64,000 nt of DNA from Candidatus Egerieisoma sp. (lineage in GTDB: Bacteria > Bacteroidota > Bacteroidia > Bacteroidales > UBA932), in assembly GCA_045613465.1 (NCBI GenBank), contig JAZLBB010000091.1, forward strand, positions 23,021 through 87,020, written 5' to 3'. Under the pieces are notes generated by a model, which saw only the letters and a program-made list of their open reading frames with translations, made no database searches and had not been told where the DNA came from. The position numbers were made by a program, and so were the translations under genes. Below are positions 28,968-38,286 of the stretch, piece after piece. Position 1 is the first letter of the stretch. Every line of letters begins with the position of its first letter.

Positions 28968-30853
28968 AATATATCTCCATGTATGGCTATTGTACCATTG
29001 TCTATCATTTCCCTCAATACATTCAAATAGAAAGGGCTGTTGTCGGCTGCCTGGGTTTCAATTGCTGAAATTGTCATGGTCCCACCATTTGCATCAAGCA
29101 TTCTTATAATAGACTTTTCAGCTTCAGCTTTACGCTCTTTAATATTTCCTAAATTTTTCTTCTTAAGGCATACATCGCATATTGTACAATCACCTTCAAC
29201 TTTTTGACCAAAGTAATCTATAAGTGTTCGGCTTCTGCATTCTTCAGTACCTTTAACGTAAGATATTATGCTTTCTATTCTTTTTTGGAACAACTCTTTT
29301 CTTTCTTCATATCTCTTTGGGGAGATGTACAAGTTTGCTTCAACCAACCTCTCTGTATTCATTATTATCAGTGGCGTTCTTACTTTTGGAATATATTTTA
29401 TTATGTGGAGTCTGGAAAGTTGTATGAGTTTTTCCTTTACTCCTGCCACTGAGTCCATAGTGCATCTGGCAATATATTCCTCATCTATTGGAGTTATCCT
29501 TGAGAATAATGCAGTGTACAAACGTAGTATTGATTTTATGAATTTGTCAAGTTCAGGGTTGTCTATCTGTACTTTATACAATTCATCCCTACCTACTGTG
29601 AACATTATTTTTGATGGGTTGTCGAGTTCGTCGGTAAGTTCCCAATAACCTTCTTGTTGCAGATATTTTATAGCGTAATATGCAGAGACAGAATTGAGCG
29701 AAAATTTCTTTGAAAATTCTACAAGGTTGAATTTGCTTACGCTGTCTCTCCCCTCTTCGTAAGGTATATTCAGGTATATGAATACTTTCTGATATATCTC
29801 TTTGATGTATTGGATATCGGGATAAGAAATTGTGTGAATCTGACGCAGACGTGAAATGTCTGTACTGTTCCATAATAGGGTTGCATATGAGCGGTTTCCG
29901 TCCCTTCCTGCTCTACCGGCCTCCTGAAAGTATGCTTCAAGACTGTCGGGAAGATCATAATGAACTACAAACCTTACATCTGGCTTGTCTATCCCCATAC
30001 CAAATGCATTTGTTGCTACAATTACCCTTATTTCATCTTTTTTCCAGGCATCCTGTTTTGCATTTCTGAGTTCCTTGCTCAAACCTGCGTGGTAGAAGTC
30101 TGCTGATATACCGTTTTGACGTAGAAAAGAGGATATCTCTTCGCATCTTTTTCTTTCCCGTACATATACAATTCCAGTACCTTGTACTCCGTTGCATACT
30201 TTTAGCATGTTGCCAAACTTGTCATCAACATTTCTCACTACATATGAAAGGTTTTTTCTTTCAAATCCCGACGAAATTATATTTGGCTCATCAAAATTAA
30301 GTATCCTCATTATATCCTGAGCAACTGATTTTGTGGCAGTTGCTGTGAGTGCTATAGTTGGAATATTCCCGATGATTGATTTAATCTCCTTGATTTCCAG
30401 GTATGCTGGCCTAAAATCATATCCCCACTGTGAAATACAATGAGCTTCATCTACTACAAGGTAGTTTATCTGCATCCTTTTTACCCTCTCCTTGAATAAC
30501 GGAGTATGCAGCCTTTCTGGAGATACATAAAGGAATTTGAAATCTCCATAGATTGCATTGTCAAGAGCAATGTCTATTTGCTGGTATGTCATTCCCGAAT
30601 ATACTGCAAGGGCTTTTATTCCTTTGTTATTCAGGTTTTGTACCTGGTCTTTAATAAGAGCTATAAGTGGTGATACTACCAGACATATTCCATCTGTTGC
30701 AATAGCCGGAACCTGAAAGCATATTGATTTTCCCCCACCTGTAGGCATTAGTGCAAGAGTATCTTTCCCTTTTAGGGCAGAATTGATAATTTCCTCTTGC
30801 ATGGGCCTGAATGTATCGTATCCCCAATATTTCTTTAAAATCCGGTGTATCAT
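28955..30853 (-). CDS. recQ: ATP-dependent DNA helicase RecQ
   Basis: 632 aa. MPTGGGKS, VVDEAHCISQWGYDFRPAY, RecQ zinc-binding cysteines (CRSRTLIDYF...CTICDVC). Confidence 0.9.
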   Translation of the reverse strand: MIHRILKKYWGYDTFRPMQEEIINSALKGKDTLALMPTGGGKSICFQVPAIATDGICLVVSPLIALIKDQVQNLNNKGIKALAVYSGMTYQQIDIALDNAIYGDFKFLYVSPERLHTPLFKERVKRMQINYLVVDEAHCISQWGYDFRPAYLEIKEIKSIIGNIPTIALTATATKSVAQDIMRILNFDEPNIISSGFERKNLSYVVRNVDDKFGNMLKVCNGVQGTGIVYVRERKRCEEISSFLRQNGISADFYHAGLSKELRNAKQDAWKKDEIRVIVATNAFGMGIDKPDVRFVVHYDLPDSLEAYFQEAGRAGRDGNRSYATLLWNSTDISRLRQIHTISYPDIQYIKEIYQKVFIYLNIPYEEGRDSVSKFNLVEFSKKFSLNSVSAYYAIKYLQQEGYWELTDELDNPSKIMFTVGRDELYKVQIDNPELDKFIKSILRLYTALFSRITPIDEEYIARCTMDSVAGVKEKLIQLSRLHIIKYIPKVRTPLIIMNTERLVEANLYISPKRYEERKELFQKRIESIISYVKGTEECRSRTLIDYFGQKVEGDCTICDVCLKKKNLGNIKERKAEAEKSIIRMLDANGGTMTISAIETQAADNSPFYLNVLREMIDNGTIAIHGDILKKM

Positions 30854-30872
30854 TGCACTTTTTACTTATGTG

Positions 30873-30880
30873 CAAAATTA
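30873..30880 (-). promoter_or_regulatory. -7 box (TAATTTTG on the minus strand)
   Basis: CAAAATTA on the + strand, 20 nt upstream of the recQ ATG at 30853. Confidence 0.45.
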
Positions 30881-30938
30881 TAATATTTTTGGCAAAGATT
30901 TTGAATGTATTTATAGCGGCAAATACAGCTATTTTGAT

Positions 30939-30946
30939 TATATTTG
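30939..30946 (+). promoter_or_regulatory. -7 box TATATTTG
   Basis: 47 nt upstream of the pckA ATG at 30993. Confidence 0.45.
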
Positions 30947-30992
30947 CAGTTGGAAAATAATAATAAACTTATATAAAAATTAGTAGATAATT

Positions 30993-32597
30993 ATGTCAAC
31001 AATTGATTTGAGCAAGTACGGTATTACCGGCGCAACTGAGGTTCTTTACAACCCATCTTACGAGGTATTATACGCAGAGGAGACTAAACCAGGTCTTGAG
31101 GGATTTGAGATTGGTCAGCAGACTGAGCTTGGTGCTGTAAACGTTATGACAGGTGTTTATACAGGCCGTTCTCCTAAAGATAAATTCTTTGTGATGGATG
31201 AGACTTCTAAAGACACTATCTGGTGGACTTCTGAGGAGTACAAGAACGATAACAAACCTGTTACCAAAGAGACTTGGGCTGAGTTGAAGAAAATTGCTCA
31301 GGATGAGCTTTCAAATAAAAAACTATATGTAGTTGATACTTTCTGTGGTGCAAACGAGAATACTAGAATTAAAGTACGTTTCATTATGGAGGTTGCATGG
31401 CAGGCTCATTTTGTTAAAAATATGTTCATCCGCCCTACAGAGGAGGAGCTTGCAAACTATGGCGAGCCAGATTTTGTAGTACTAAACGCTTCTAAGGCTA
31501 AAGTTGAGAATTACAAAGAGCTTGGTCTTAATTCAGAGACTGCTGTAGTATTCAACCTAACTGAGAAAATGCAGGTTATCATCAATACTTGGTATGGTGG
31601 TGAGATGAAGAAAGGTATGTTCTCTTACATGAACTACTTGCTTCCTCTACAGGGTATTGCTTCTATGCACTGTTCTGCAAATACCAATAAAGCTGGTGAG
31701 ACTGCTATCTTCTTTGGTTTGTCAGGTACTGGTAAAACAACCCTTTCAACAGATCCAAAACGTGAACTTATCGGTGATGATGAGCACGGTTGGGATGATG
31801 ATGGTGTATTCAACTTTGAGGGTGGTTGCTATGCAAAAGTAATTAACCTTAGCAAAGAGGCTGAGCCAGATATTTACAATGCAATTAAGAGAGATGCTCT
31901 ATTGGAGAATGTTACAGTAGATGCTAATGGTAAGATTGATTTCTCAGACAAGAGTGTAACTGAGAATACTCGTGTTTCTTACCCTATCTACCATATCAAT
32001 AATATTGTTAAACCTGTATCTAAAGCTCCAGCTGCTAAGAAAGTAATTTTCCTTTCGGCTGATGCATTCGGTGTACTTCCTCCGGTTTCTATCCTTGACC
32101 CTGAGCAGACAAAATACTACTTCCTATCAGGTTTCACCGCTAAATTGGCTGGTACAGAGCGTGGCATTACTGAGCCTACTCCTACATTCTCAGCTTGTTT
32201 TGGTGCAGCATTCCTTTCACTTCACCCAACCAAATACGGTGAGGAGCTAGTTAAGAGAATGGAGAAATCAGGTGCTACTGCATACCTTGTTAATACTGGT
32301 TGGAACGGTACAGGAAAACGTATCTCAATTAAAGATACTCGTGGAATCATTGATGCTATCCTTGATGGTTCAATTGATAAAGCTGCTACTAAAGAGATTC
32401 CTTTCTTTGGTTTCAAAGTTCCTACAGAGCTTCCAGGTGTTGATACTAACATTCTTGATCCTCGTGACACTTATGCTAATGCTGCTGAGTGGGAGGAGAA
32501 AGCAAAAGATCTTGCTGGAAGATTTATCAAGAACTTTGCTAAATTTACGGGTAACGAGGCTGGTAAAGCTTTGGTTGCTGCAGGTCCTCAGCTATAA
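30993..32597 (+). CDS. pckA: Phosphoenolpyruvate carboxykinase (ATP)
   Basis: 534 aa. Kinase-1a motif [13 protein letters not shown] and IGDDEHGW. Confidence 0.95.
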   Translation: MSTIDLSKYGITGATEVLYNPSYEVLYAEETKPGLEGFEIGQQTELGAVNVMTGVYTGRSPKDKFFVMDETSKDTIWWTSEEYKNDNKPVTKETWAELKKIAQDELSNKKLYVVDTFCGANENTRIKVRFIMEVAWQAHFVKNMFIRPTEEELANYGEPDFVVLNASKAKVENYKELGLNSETAVVFNLTEKMQVIINTWYGGEMKKGMFSYMNYLLPLQGIASMHCSANTNKAGETAIFFGLSGTGKTTLSTDPKRELIGDDEHGWDDDGVFNFEGGCYAKVINLSKEAEPDIYNAIKRDALLENVTVDANGKIDFSDKSVTENTRVSYPIYHINNIVKPVSKAPAAKKVIFLSADAFGVLPPVSILDPEQTKYYFLSGFTAKLAGTERGITEPTPTFSACFGAAFLSLHPTKYGEELVKRMEKSGATAYLVNTGWNGTGKRISIKDTRGIIDAILDGSIDKAATKEIPFFGFKVPTELPGVDTNILDPRDTYANAAEWEEKAKDLAGRFIKNFAKFTGNEAGKALVAAGPQL

Positions 32598-32618
32598 TCT
32601 TAGGATTATATATAATAA

Positions 32619-32651
32619 AACCTGGAGTCAGATACGGCTCCAGGTTTTTTT
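32619..32651 (+). terminator. Rho-independent terminator after pckA
   Basis: 9-bp stem aacctggag/ctccaggtt with a 10-nt loop and a T7 run. Confidence 0.8.
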
Positions 32652-32680
32652 ATGTTGTGTGATGTTTGGTGGAAATTCCC

Positions 32681-33373
32681 CTACTCTATTTTTTTAAAGT
32701 TCTCTCTGGCATACTTTGTAGGTCTGTTGTCAAAGTGCCACCATTCTTCATCTATTGTAAGGAATCCGCTCTCAGTCATTACTTTTCTAAGCAGTAATCT
32801 GTTTTCAAGTTCTCTCTTGGTGATTTTTCCTTCGTCCAATAGTTGCTGCTCAATATTTACTCGGCTTTGGTCTGCGAAACAGTCGTATTCAGAACCCATC
32901 GGGATTGGATATCCTGTACAATCTATGATTGTTACATCTACAGCATTGCCAAAATTGTGATTTCCGCCACCTCTTGCAGGATTTGCTACAAAATCTTCTT
33001 TATCTGTACCCTCTACGCTGTCCCACATCTCCTGTTGTATGCTTATAGGACGTGCAGCATCATATACAATTAGGTTAAGGTCTGGTCTTATAGATTTAAG
33101 CAGTTTGTTTGCTTTTACAAGTTTCTCAGCAGTTTCTTTAAGCATAAATGCTTTGTTTACATTATGATATAATACTCTACCCATAAAGTTATAAGGTTTT
33201 GCATAAATCAGATCTACTGCAATTGTTGAGTCGAGATCATGGATATCTACAAGTCCCATTGCCCTCATTTGTGCTTCCTTGGCGGTATCAGAATTTTTAC
33301 TTACCTGTGTATTGCTGTTGCAACATGAGAAAATCACTAAAATTAGTGATAGTGCAAACAAAAAATTTTTCAT
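32681..33373 (-). CDS. M15-family D-Ala-D-Ala dipeptidase (VanX-like)
   Basis: 230 aa. Signal/lipoprotein N-terminus. Zn ligand motifs GGNHNFGNAVDVT and EWWHF. Confidence 0.75.
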   Translation of the reverse strand: MKNFLFALSLILVIFSCCNSNTQVSKNSDTAKEAQMRAMGLVDIHDLDSTIAVDLIYAKPYNFMGRVLYHNVNKAFMLKETAEKLVKANKLLKSIRPDLNLIVYDAARPISIQQEMWDSVEGTDKEDFVANPARGGGNHNFGNAVDVTIIDCTGYPIPMGSEYDCFADQSRVNIEQQLLDEGKITKRELENRLLLRKVMTESGFLTIDEEWWHFDNRPTKYARENFKKIE

Positions 33374-33467
33374 AATTTTGAATTGTTAAAATATGATAAT
33401 AATTATATAATCTTATTTTAAGCAAAAATAAACATAAATCATCAGATATTGTTAATGAAATAAAATT

Positions 33468-33971
33468 TTGAATATGAAAAAGGTAAATTTTAAAAAACAC
33501 CCGGTAACCCTTAAAGGAAACCTTCCAGATACAGGCAAAGCAGCTCCAGCATTCACTTTAGTAAAATCAGATCTTGCGACAATTACTTTGGATGATTTTA
33601 GAGGTAAAACACTTGTGCTAAATATTTTCCCAAGTCTGGATACTGGAGTGTGTGCAACTAGTGTGCGTAAATTTAATCAACTTGCAGCAAATATGAAAGA
33701 TACTCTAGTACTTGCAATATCTAGAGATCTGCCTTTTGCTCACTCACGTTTCTGCACCGTAGAGGGGATAAATAATGTTATTCCTTTATCAGATTTCAGA
33801 GGTACATCATTCTCTGAAGATTACGGTGTGCTTATGACTGATGGTCCTCTTCAGGGTCTTTTGGCGAGGGCTGTTGTAGTAATTGATCCAGAGTTAGTTG
33901 TACGATATGTACAACTGGTGCCCGAAATTACTCAGGAACCAGATTACGATGAAGTATTACGTCATTTGTAA
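33468..33971 (+). CDS. tpx: Thiol peroxidase
   Basis: 167 aa. FPSLDTGVCATSVRKFN (peroxidatic Cys) and FAHSRFC (resolving Cys). Start could be the ATG at 33474. Confidence 0.9.
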   Translation: MNMKKVNFKKHPVTLKGNLPDTGKAAPAFTLVKSDLATITLDDFRGKTLVLNIFPSLDTGVCATSVRKFNQLAANMKDTLVLAISRDLPFAHSRFCTVEGINNVIPLSDFRGTSFSEDYGVLMTDGPLQGLLARAVVVIDPELVVRYVQLVPEITQEPDYDEVLRHL

Positions 33972-34108
33972 TTTTTTTACGTTGTCTTTTTGTACATATT
34001 CTTGATTATCAAATAGATAAAAAATAGAGAATGTAATTTTTTTCATTCTCTATTTTTTAATTGCTTAATTTTAAGCAATTTGTACAAAAAGACAACGTAA
34101 AAATAAAT
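33972..34108. repeat. Palindromic intergenic element, copy 1 (23-bp perfect terminal inverted repeats)
   Basis: tttttacgttgtctttttgtaca at 33974-33996 is the exact reverse complement of tgtacaaaaagacaacgtaaaaa at 34081-34103. Two nested perfect hairpins lie inside (aaaatagagaatg/cattctctatttt and attgcttaa/ttaagcaat). A homologous copy is at 46905-47040. Confidence 0.8.
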
Positions 34109-34115
34109 AAATTTG
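34108..34115 (+). promoter_or_regulatory. -7 box TAAATTTG
   Basis: 16 nt upstream of the ATG at 34131 and immediately after the right arm of the palindromic element. Confidence 0.45.
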
Positions 34116-34130
34116 TGGAAACTCTTTTTT

Positions 34131-34976
34131 ATGAATTTTACTTTGGATAGCAATGCATCCCTTATTCTGGAGGGAGGTGGTTTGAGAGGTGTTTTTACAT
34201 GTGGTGTTTTGGATAATTTTATGGATAGAGGGATAAAGTTTCCTTTTACCATTGGGGTAAGTGCTGGGGCATGTAATGGACTTTCGTATATGTCGGGACA
34301 AAGAGGAAGGGCAAAATACAGTAATATTGATCTATTGGCCAAATATAATTATGTGGGTTTGAAGTATCTGTTTACACAGAGGAATATTATGAACTTTGAA
34401 CTTTTATTTGATAAGTTTCCTACAGAGATTATTCCTTATGATTATCCTGCTTATGCAGCCTCTCAGGGAAGATATGTAATGGTCACTACAAATTGCATTT
34501 CGGGTGAGGCTAATTATTTTGAAGAAAAACATGATAAGGACAAAATAATGGAAGTTGTAAGAGCTTCAAGCAGTTTGCCTTATGTTTGTCCAATATCATA
34601 TGTTGAAGGTGTGCCAATGCTTGATGGAGGTGTTGCTGATTCCATACCTGTTAAATATGCTTGGGATAATGGTTACACAAATAGTCTGGTCATTCTTACA
34701 AGAAATAGAGGGTATAGGAAGAACGAAAATACAGGCAGTACAATTCCTAATCTTTTTTATAGAAAATACCCAAATGCAGTAAAAGCAATAGTTGAAAGGA
34801 ACAGGAAATATAATGCCACCCTTGATATGATTGAGAAACTTGAGGAAGAAGGTAAAATCACCGTCCTGAGGCCTTTGGAACCATTACAGGTAAGTAGAAT
34901 GGAAAAAGATGTGAATAAGCTTAATTCATTATATAAAGAGGGTTATGAATTAGCAAATAAAATTATTTTTCTTTAA
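34131..34976 (+). CDS. Patatin-like phospholipase
   Basis: Start moved to the ATG at 34131 because the track TTG start at 34113 sits inside the -7 box. Motifs EGGGLRG (oxyanion hole), GVSAG (GxSxG), DGG. Confidence 0.85.
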   Translation: MNFTLDSNASLILEGGGLRGVFTCGVLDNFMDRGIKFPFTIGVSAGACNGLSYMSGQRGRAKYSNIDLLAKYNYVGLKYLFTQRNIMNFELLFDKFPTEIIPYDYPAYAASQGRYVMVTTNCISGEANYFEEKHDKDKIMEVVRASSSLPYVCPISYVEGVPMLDGGVADSIPVKYAWDNGYTNSLVILTRNRGYRKNENTGSTIPNLFYRKYPNAVKAIVERNRKYNATLDMIEKLEEEGKITVLRPLEPLQVSRMEKDVNKLNSLYKEGYELANKIIFL

Positions 34977-35012
34977 TTTTGTAAGGATTAACTGATAATT
35001 AAAATTATAGAT

Positions 35013-36170
35013 ATGTTAACTCAAATTATTAACGGTAAAATACATACGCCGCAAGGTTGGCTGAAGAACGGTTCTGTTATCATAAGTGACAATAAAATTC
35101 TTGAGGTATCAAACTGTGATCTTGCTGTAGTTGGTGCAAAAATTGTAGATGCTAAAGGAATGTATATTGTTCCAGGTGGAGTTGAAATTCATGTTCATGG
35201 AGGTGGAGGAAGAGACTTTATGGAAGGAACAGAAGATGCGTTCAGAACTGCAGTAGATGCACATATGCAGCATGGAACAACCAGTATTTTCCCTACCCTT
35301 TCATCTTCAAGTATCCCGATGATTCAAGCGGCTGCCCGTACTACGGAGAAACTTATGGCAGAGAAGGACAGCCCTGTGCTAGGACTTCATCTTGAGGGAC
35401 ATTATTTCAATATGAAGATGGCAGGTGGTCAGATTCCTGAGTATATCAAGAACCCTGATCCAAATGAGTATATTCCGTTATTGGAAGAGACTAACTGTAT
35501 CAAGAGATGGGATGCTTCACCAGAACTTCCGGGAGCCCTTCAGTTTGGTAAGTATGTATCAAGTAAAGGCATTCTTGTATCTGTAGCACACACTCAAGCT
35601 GAGTTTGAAGATATCAGAGCTGGTTTTGATGCTGGTTATACCCATGCAACGCATTTCTATAATGCTATGCCAGGTTTCCATAAGAAAAACGAGTATAAAT
35701 ATGAGGGTACTGTTGAGTCTATTTACCTTATGGATGATATGACTGTAGAGGCAATTGCAGATGGTATCCACGTACCTCCTACTATTCTTAGACTTATCTA
35801 TAAAGTTAAAGGTGTTGAGAAAACGGCACTTATTACAGATGCACTTGCATGTGCTGCCAGCGACAGCAAGGTTGCTTTCGATCCTCGTGTAATCATTGAG
35901 GATGGCGTTTGTAAGCTTGCAGACAGGTCTGCTCTTGCAGGAAGTATTGCTACAATGGACCGTCTTATCCAGACAATGACATTCAAAGCTGAAGTTCCTT
36001 TGTTTGATGTATGCAGAATGATTTCTGAAACTCCTGCAAAAATTATGGGCGTATACGACAGAAAAGGTTCATTAGAGAGAGGTAAAGATGCTGATATTCT
36101 TCTATTGGATAAAAATCTTGATGTACGTGCAGTTTGGGCAATGGGTAAATTGGTTAAAAACTTTGAGTAG
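35013..36170 (+). CDS. nagA: N-acetylglucosamine-6-phosphate deacetylase (all catalytic motifs intact)
   Basis: 385 aa. EIHVHGGGG (HxH), GLHLEGHYF (Glu), VAHTQAE (His), ATHFYNAM (His), ITDAL (Asp). Confidence 0.85.
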   Translation: MLTQIINGKIHTPQGWLKNGSVIISDNKILEVSNCDLAVVGAKIVDAKGMYIVPGGVEIHVHGGGGRDFMEGTEDAFRTAVDAHMQHGTTSIFPTLSSSSIPMIQAAARTTEKLMAEKDSPVLGLHLEGHYFNMKMAGGQIPEYIKNPDPNEYIPLLEETNCIKRWDASPELPGALQFGKYVSSKGILVSVAHTQAEFEDIRAGFDAGYTHATHFYNAMPGFHKKNEYKYEGTVESIYLMDDMTVEAIADGIHVPPTILRLIYKVKGVEKTALITDALACAASDSKVAFDPRVIIEDGVCKLADRSALAGSIATMDRLIQTMTFKAEVPLFDVCRMISETPAKIMGVYDRKGSLERGKDADILLLDKNLDVRAVWAMGKLVKNFE

Positions 36171-36176
36171 TAGTTT

Positions 36177-37319
36177 ATGTTAACACAGATAATCAACGGA
36201 AAAATCCTTACCCCAAGTGGCTGGGTAGAAGGTGGTTCCATTATATTGAACGACTCAAAAATCATGGAGATTGCGAATAGCGATCTTCCACGTGTGGGTG
36301 CAAAGATAGTAGATGTAAAAGGCGACTATATTTTGCCCGGTTTTGTTGCAATGAATATCCATGGTGGTGGCGGTTGTGCCTTTAAAGAGGGAACAATTGA
36401 TGCTTTCAAAACTGCCGTTGATGTACATCTAAAACATGGCGCAACAACAATCTTTCCTACAATTTACACAGCAAAGATTGAGAAGATATATAATTCTGCA
36501 GCTGTTTGCAATGAATTGATGAAGGAAGGAAACACTCCTATCAAAGGTCTGCACATAGCAGGTCCATACTTCAATCCAAACATGGTGAACAGTTTCCCCG
36601 GTGCTAAGGATCCCGACAAAGAAGAGTATTTGAAAATTCTTTCAGATATTCCTTCAATCAAAAGATGGGATGTGTCTCCAGAACTACCGGGTGCTTATGA
36701 AATGGCTAAAATCCTTAAGTGGAAGAACATTGTAGCTGGAATTACACACACTCAAGCTGAATTTGAAGTTGTTAAAGATGCCTACGATGCAGGATTTACT
36801 CATGTTTCACAGTTATATAACTCTATGCCTGGTTTCCATAAACGTGGAGAATATAAATATGAGGGTACTGTAGAGAGTGTTCTTTTACTCGACGATATGA
36901 GTGTGGAGGTTATTGCAGATGGAAAGCACCTACCTGGTACCATACTTAGACTTGTATATAAGCTAAAAGGTGTCAATAACATGTCTCTTGTTACATGTGC
37001 CCTTAAATATGCTGATTATGACGGAGAATTGGAGCCTGATTCAGACTTTATTATAGAAGATGGAGTTTGTAAACTGAAAGACCACTCATCTTTGGCAGGT
37101 AGCCTTGCTACAATGGATAAAGTTGTTAAAGTAGCAGTTGAGGCAGGTATCCCATTTGAAGATGCAGTTAGAATGGCTTCAGAATCTCCTGCAAAAGTTA
37201 TGGGTTGCTTCGACAGAGTTGGTTCGCTTGAAGATGGTAAGGATGCCGACATAGTTATAATGAACAAAGATTTGGAAATCACTGGAGTTTGGCAGCAAGG
37301 TGTTGAATACAATAAGTAA
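36177..37319 (+). CDS. NagA paralog with substituted active-site residues (probable pseudoenzyme or new function)
   Basis: 380 aa, colinear with the upstream NagA (identical MLTQIINGKI start). The motifs read AMNIHGGGG, GLHIAGPYF, HVSQLYNSM and VTCAL, so the first His of HxH, the Glu, one His and the catalytic Asp are replaced. Confidence 0.8.
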   Translation: MLTQIINGKILTPSGWVEGGSIILNDSKIMEIANSDLPRVGAKIVDVKGDYILPGFVAMNIHGGGGCAFKEGTIDAFKTAVDVHLKHGATTIFPTIYTAKIEKIYNSAAVCNELMKEGNTPIKGLHIAGPYFNPNMVNSFPGAKDPDKEEYLKILSDIPSIKRWDVSPELPGAYEMAKILKWKNIVAGITHTQAEFEVVKDAYDAGFTHVSQLYNSMPGFHKRGEYKYEGTVESVLLLDDMSVEVIADGKHLPGTILRLVYKLKGVNNMSLVTCALKYADYDGELEPDSDFIIEDGVCKLKDHSSLAGSLATMDKVVKVAVEAGIPFEDAVRMASESPAKVMGCFDRVGSLEDGKDADIVIMNKDLEITGVWQQGVEYNK

Positions 37320-38286
37320 AATCATACTATTTTCTTTTTTAGCGGTTTTAGCAATATCATGCAGTTCTCCAATGGAGAAAAGTGTTATTGAACCGCTCAA
37401 TTCTAGAGAACTTGATAGAGTTGCCGGTAAGGACAAGTCCTTTCTGGCAACTTATTCTATTGTAGAAGAGAAATGGAATTATATTTCATTACCCTCAGAT
37501 TCTGCAAGATGGAGTAAGATTACTTATTCACGTCTCCATGATTACATTAAAACAATTGAGAGTGCAGAACTTAACTCTCCCCTCTTTGCACAGCTTAGGG
37601 AGAAATGGGAAAAAATGTATGATGACCACATTGTACAGACAGATAATATAATTACAAATTGGAAAAATTATATCTCTTCAAACTCCCCTGATTCACTGTT
37701 GCATTTATCATTTGAAGGGATAGAACTGGAGAGAATACGCAATGCAAAAAATCAGATAGATACACTTCTTAAAGCAAAAATTAAACTCTCTCCAAACAAG
37801 ATTACTATAGATTCACTTTTGGTAAATTATTCTTTTTTTAAAATTCAAGATTCTATTTCTTCTCAAAATTTTATTATTACTCCAGATAATTTTATCAAAT
37901 ACAAGAAGAAACTCGGTAAATCAGTTATAACAAAAGTATTTCCAACTCTGGAGCATGAAATCAAAAAAGCTCTTATCTCAAATGATTCATCATATATCTT
38001 CAAATATGATATAGTATCATTGTACTCTAATGGTAAATGCTATAATTCTGATTCACTATTGAGAGATCTTCCAAAACCTGTCCTTGAATATATTATAGCA
38101 GAAAAGTCATTGGAGAGTACTTCTCCCCTTTTCAATCAGGAATTTTATAAGGAGAAAATAATTAAGGAACTTATAAACCCTAATTTTATATCTCAAAGGG
38201 CTTATATTAAGATAAATGCGGAGCATTATTATAGAGAACTGGATTCTTTGGTATTCAGTTACCTTAATCTAAATCCGTTAAAGTAG
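37300..38286 (+). CDS. Hypothetical lipoprotein
   Basis: 328 aa. Lipobox LAISC near the N-terminus. There is no in-frame ATG before the signal peptide, so a GTG (37300) or TTG (37303) start overlapping the upstream stop is implied. Confidence 0.6.
   Translation: MLNTISKIILFSFLAVLAISCSSPMEKSVIEPLNSRELDRVAGKDKSFLATYSIVEEKWNYISLPSDSARWSKITYSRLHDYIKTIESAELNSPLFAQLREKWEKMYDDHIVQTDNIITNWKNYISSNSPDSLLHLSFEGIELERIRNAKNQIDTLLKAKIKLSPNKITIDSLLVNYSFFKIQDSISSQNFIITPDNFIKYKKKLGKSVITKVFPTLEHEIKKALISNDSSYIFKYDIVSLYSNGKCYNSDSLLRDLPKPVLEYIIAEKSLESTSPLFNQEFYKEKIIKELINPNFISQRAYIKINAEHYYRELDSLVFSYLNLNPLK

Noticed and set aside
34043-34342. 99-aa and 76-aa minus-strand ORFs starting in the patatin gene and running into the palindromic element.
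   Set aside because: They overlap the patatin N-terminus (GGGLRG motif on the + strand) and repeat DNA, so they are not credible genes.
35798-36265. 155-aa minus-strand ORF spanning the junction of the two NagA genes (also 37016-37312).
   Set aside because: It is antisense to two genes with full-length homology to each other and has no independent support.
35013-37319. NagA pair as a very recent duplication or assembly artefact.
   Set aside because: The identical N-terminal decapeptide is encoded by different synonymous codons (atgttaactcaaattattaacggtaaaata versus atgttaacacagataatcaacggaaaaatc), and the proteins differ throughout.
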